Origin: Mobula hypostoma | Lineage: Eukaryota | DNA length: 64,000 bases | Direction of reading: 5' to 3' | NCBI RefSeq assembly: GCF_963921235.1 | Contig: NC_086107.1 | Coordinates: 93,498,001 to 93,562,000, forward strand | Shown: positions 62,960 to 64,000 of the stretch, piece after piece | Position numbering within the stretch: position 1 is the first letter of the stretch | Layout: every line of letters starts with the position of its first letter | Made by a program: the position numbers and the translations under genes | The notes under the pieces: generated by a model | What the model saw: the letters and a program-made list of their open reading frames with translations, nothing else | Databases searched by the model: none | Told to the model about the DNA's origin: nothing

Positions 62960-63395
62960 TGTCAAAGTTCAAAGTAAATTTATTATTGAAGTATATATAT
63001 GTCACCATTTACAACCCTGAGATTCATTGTCTTGTGGGTATACTCAATAAATCCATAATTGAATCATAACCATAATAGAATCAATGGAAGACCGGACCAA
63101 CTTGGGTGTTCAACCAGAATGCAAACGACAACAAACTGTGCAAATACAAAAAGAAAGAAAGAAAAATAATAAACAAATAAGCAATAAATATTGAGAACAT
63201 GAGATGATGAGTCCTTGAAAGTGAGTCCATGGGTTGTGGGAACAGTTCAGTGATAGGGCGAGTGAATTTATCCCCTCTGTTTCAAGAGCCTGATGGTTGA
63301 GGGGTAACTGTTTTGAACCTGGTGGTGGGAGTCCTGAGGCTCCTGTACCTTTCTTCCTGATGTCAGCAGCGAGAAGAGAGCATGTCCTGGGTGGT
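62960..63395 (-). mobile_element. Rex1/Babar-type 3' end with (ctttgaa)n tail; many copies (e.g. 13690-14018, 21900-22135, 43230-43557, 48530-48830)
   Basis: caaagttcaaagtaaatttatt tail; upstream ctcctgtacct...gagaagagagcatgtcctgggtgg matches the end of the Rex ORF. Confidence 0.7.
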
Positions 63396-64000
63396 TCTAG
63401 AAAAGCATAGAAAATGACAGCACACTACAGGCCCTTTGGTCCACAATGTTATGCCAATCTTTTAAACTACTTTATCATCAATCCCTCCAACATATTTCTC
63501 CATTATTCTATCATCCATTTGTCTAGATTGGTGAGATTGGTGTTTTCCTTGGAACAGAAGAGAATGGAAGAATGAACAATGTATAAAGTTATGAGGGATC
63601 TGAAAAGTATGGATGGGATAGACGTTGTCTTCAACAGTAACATCACTAATTGGGCAGAACAGATAGAAGGATATTGGAGACCTCAGAGAGGAATTGAGTA
63701 ACTATTTTGTTTTCACCTGGAGGGTGGTGGAGAATTGGAGATCATAGACCAAAAGGGAAGGCAGGAATCCTCAGATTTAAACCTCATCCACAACTTTTGT
63801 TCAGAAAGATATGGGCCAAATGCAGTTGGATGGGCATCTTGGTCAGTGTGGACCAGTTGCTTCAAAGGGCTGTATGAATATCTAGATGAGTACTATACAA
63901 GGCAAGATCTGGGGATTGGGATTAGGCCAGCAAGCTCCAATCTGCTGGCATGGTCACAATGGACCAAATAGACTTCATCTGCACCATACGTTTGTAAGAC

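Overview
Repeat-saturated vertebrate non-coding DNA (intronic or intergenic). The repeat set (V-SINEs, CR1, Rex1/Babar, Penelope-like elements, Deu-SINE relics) suggests a cartilaginous fish, probably a ray or skate; this is an inference. I recognise no host protein-coding gene, tRNA, rRNA or CRISPR array. Every recognisable protein-like ORF is a transposon remnant: CR1 RT, Rex1/Babar RT, RTE RT, Penelope RT/GIY-YIG, Tc1 HTH and a hAT-Buster transposase. Main points: (1) the most abundant repeat is a Penelope-like element end carrying a minimal type I hammerhead ribozyme, with one intact copy at 33474-33509, a propagated A6C core-variant subfamily and many fold-back derivatives; (2) a ~1.3 kb inverted duplication whose unique core is much better conserved than its TE flanks; (3) a composite element made of two tiny Tc1 MITE hairpins around captured DNA, present in 3 copies; (4) a complete but dead 2.9 kb Buster hAT with TIRs and TSD; (5) a Tc1 > solo LTR > ribozyme nesting; (6) several unique islands that may be enhancers or small exons. 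All alignments and identities were judged by eye, and most boundaries are approximate.
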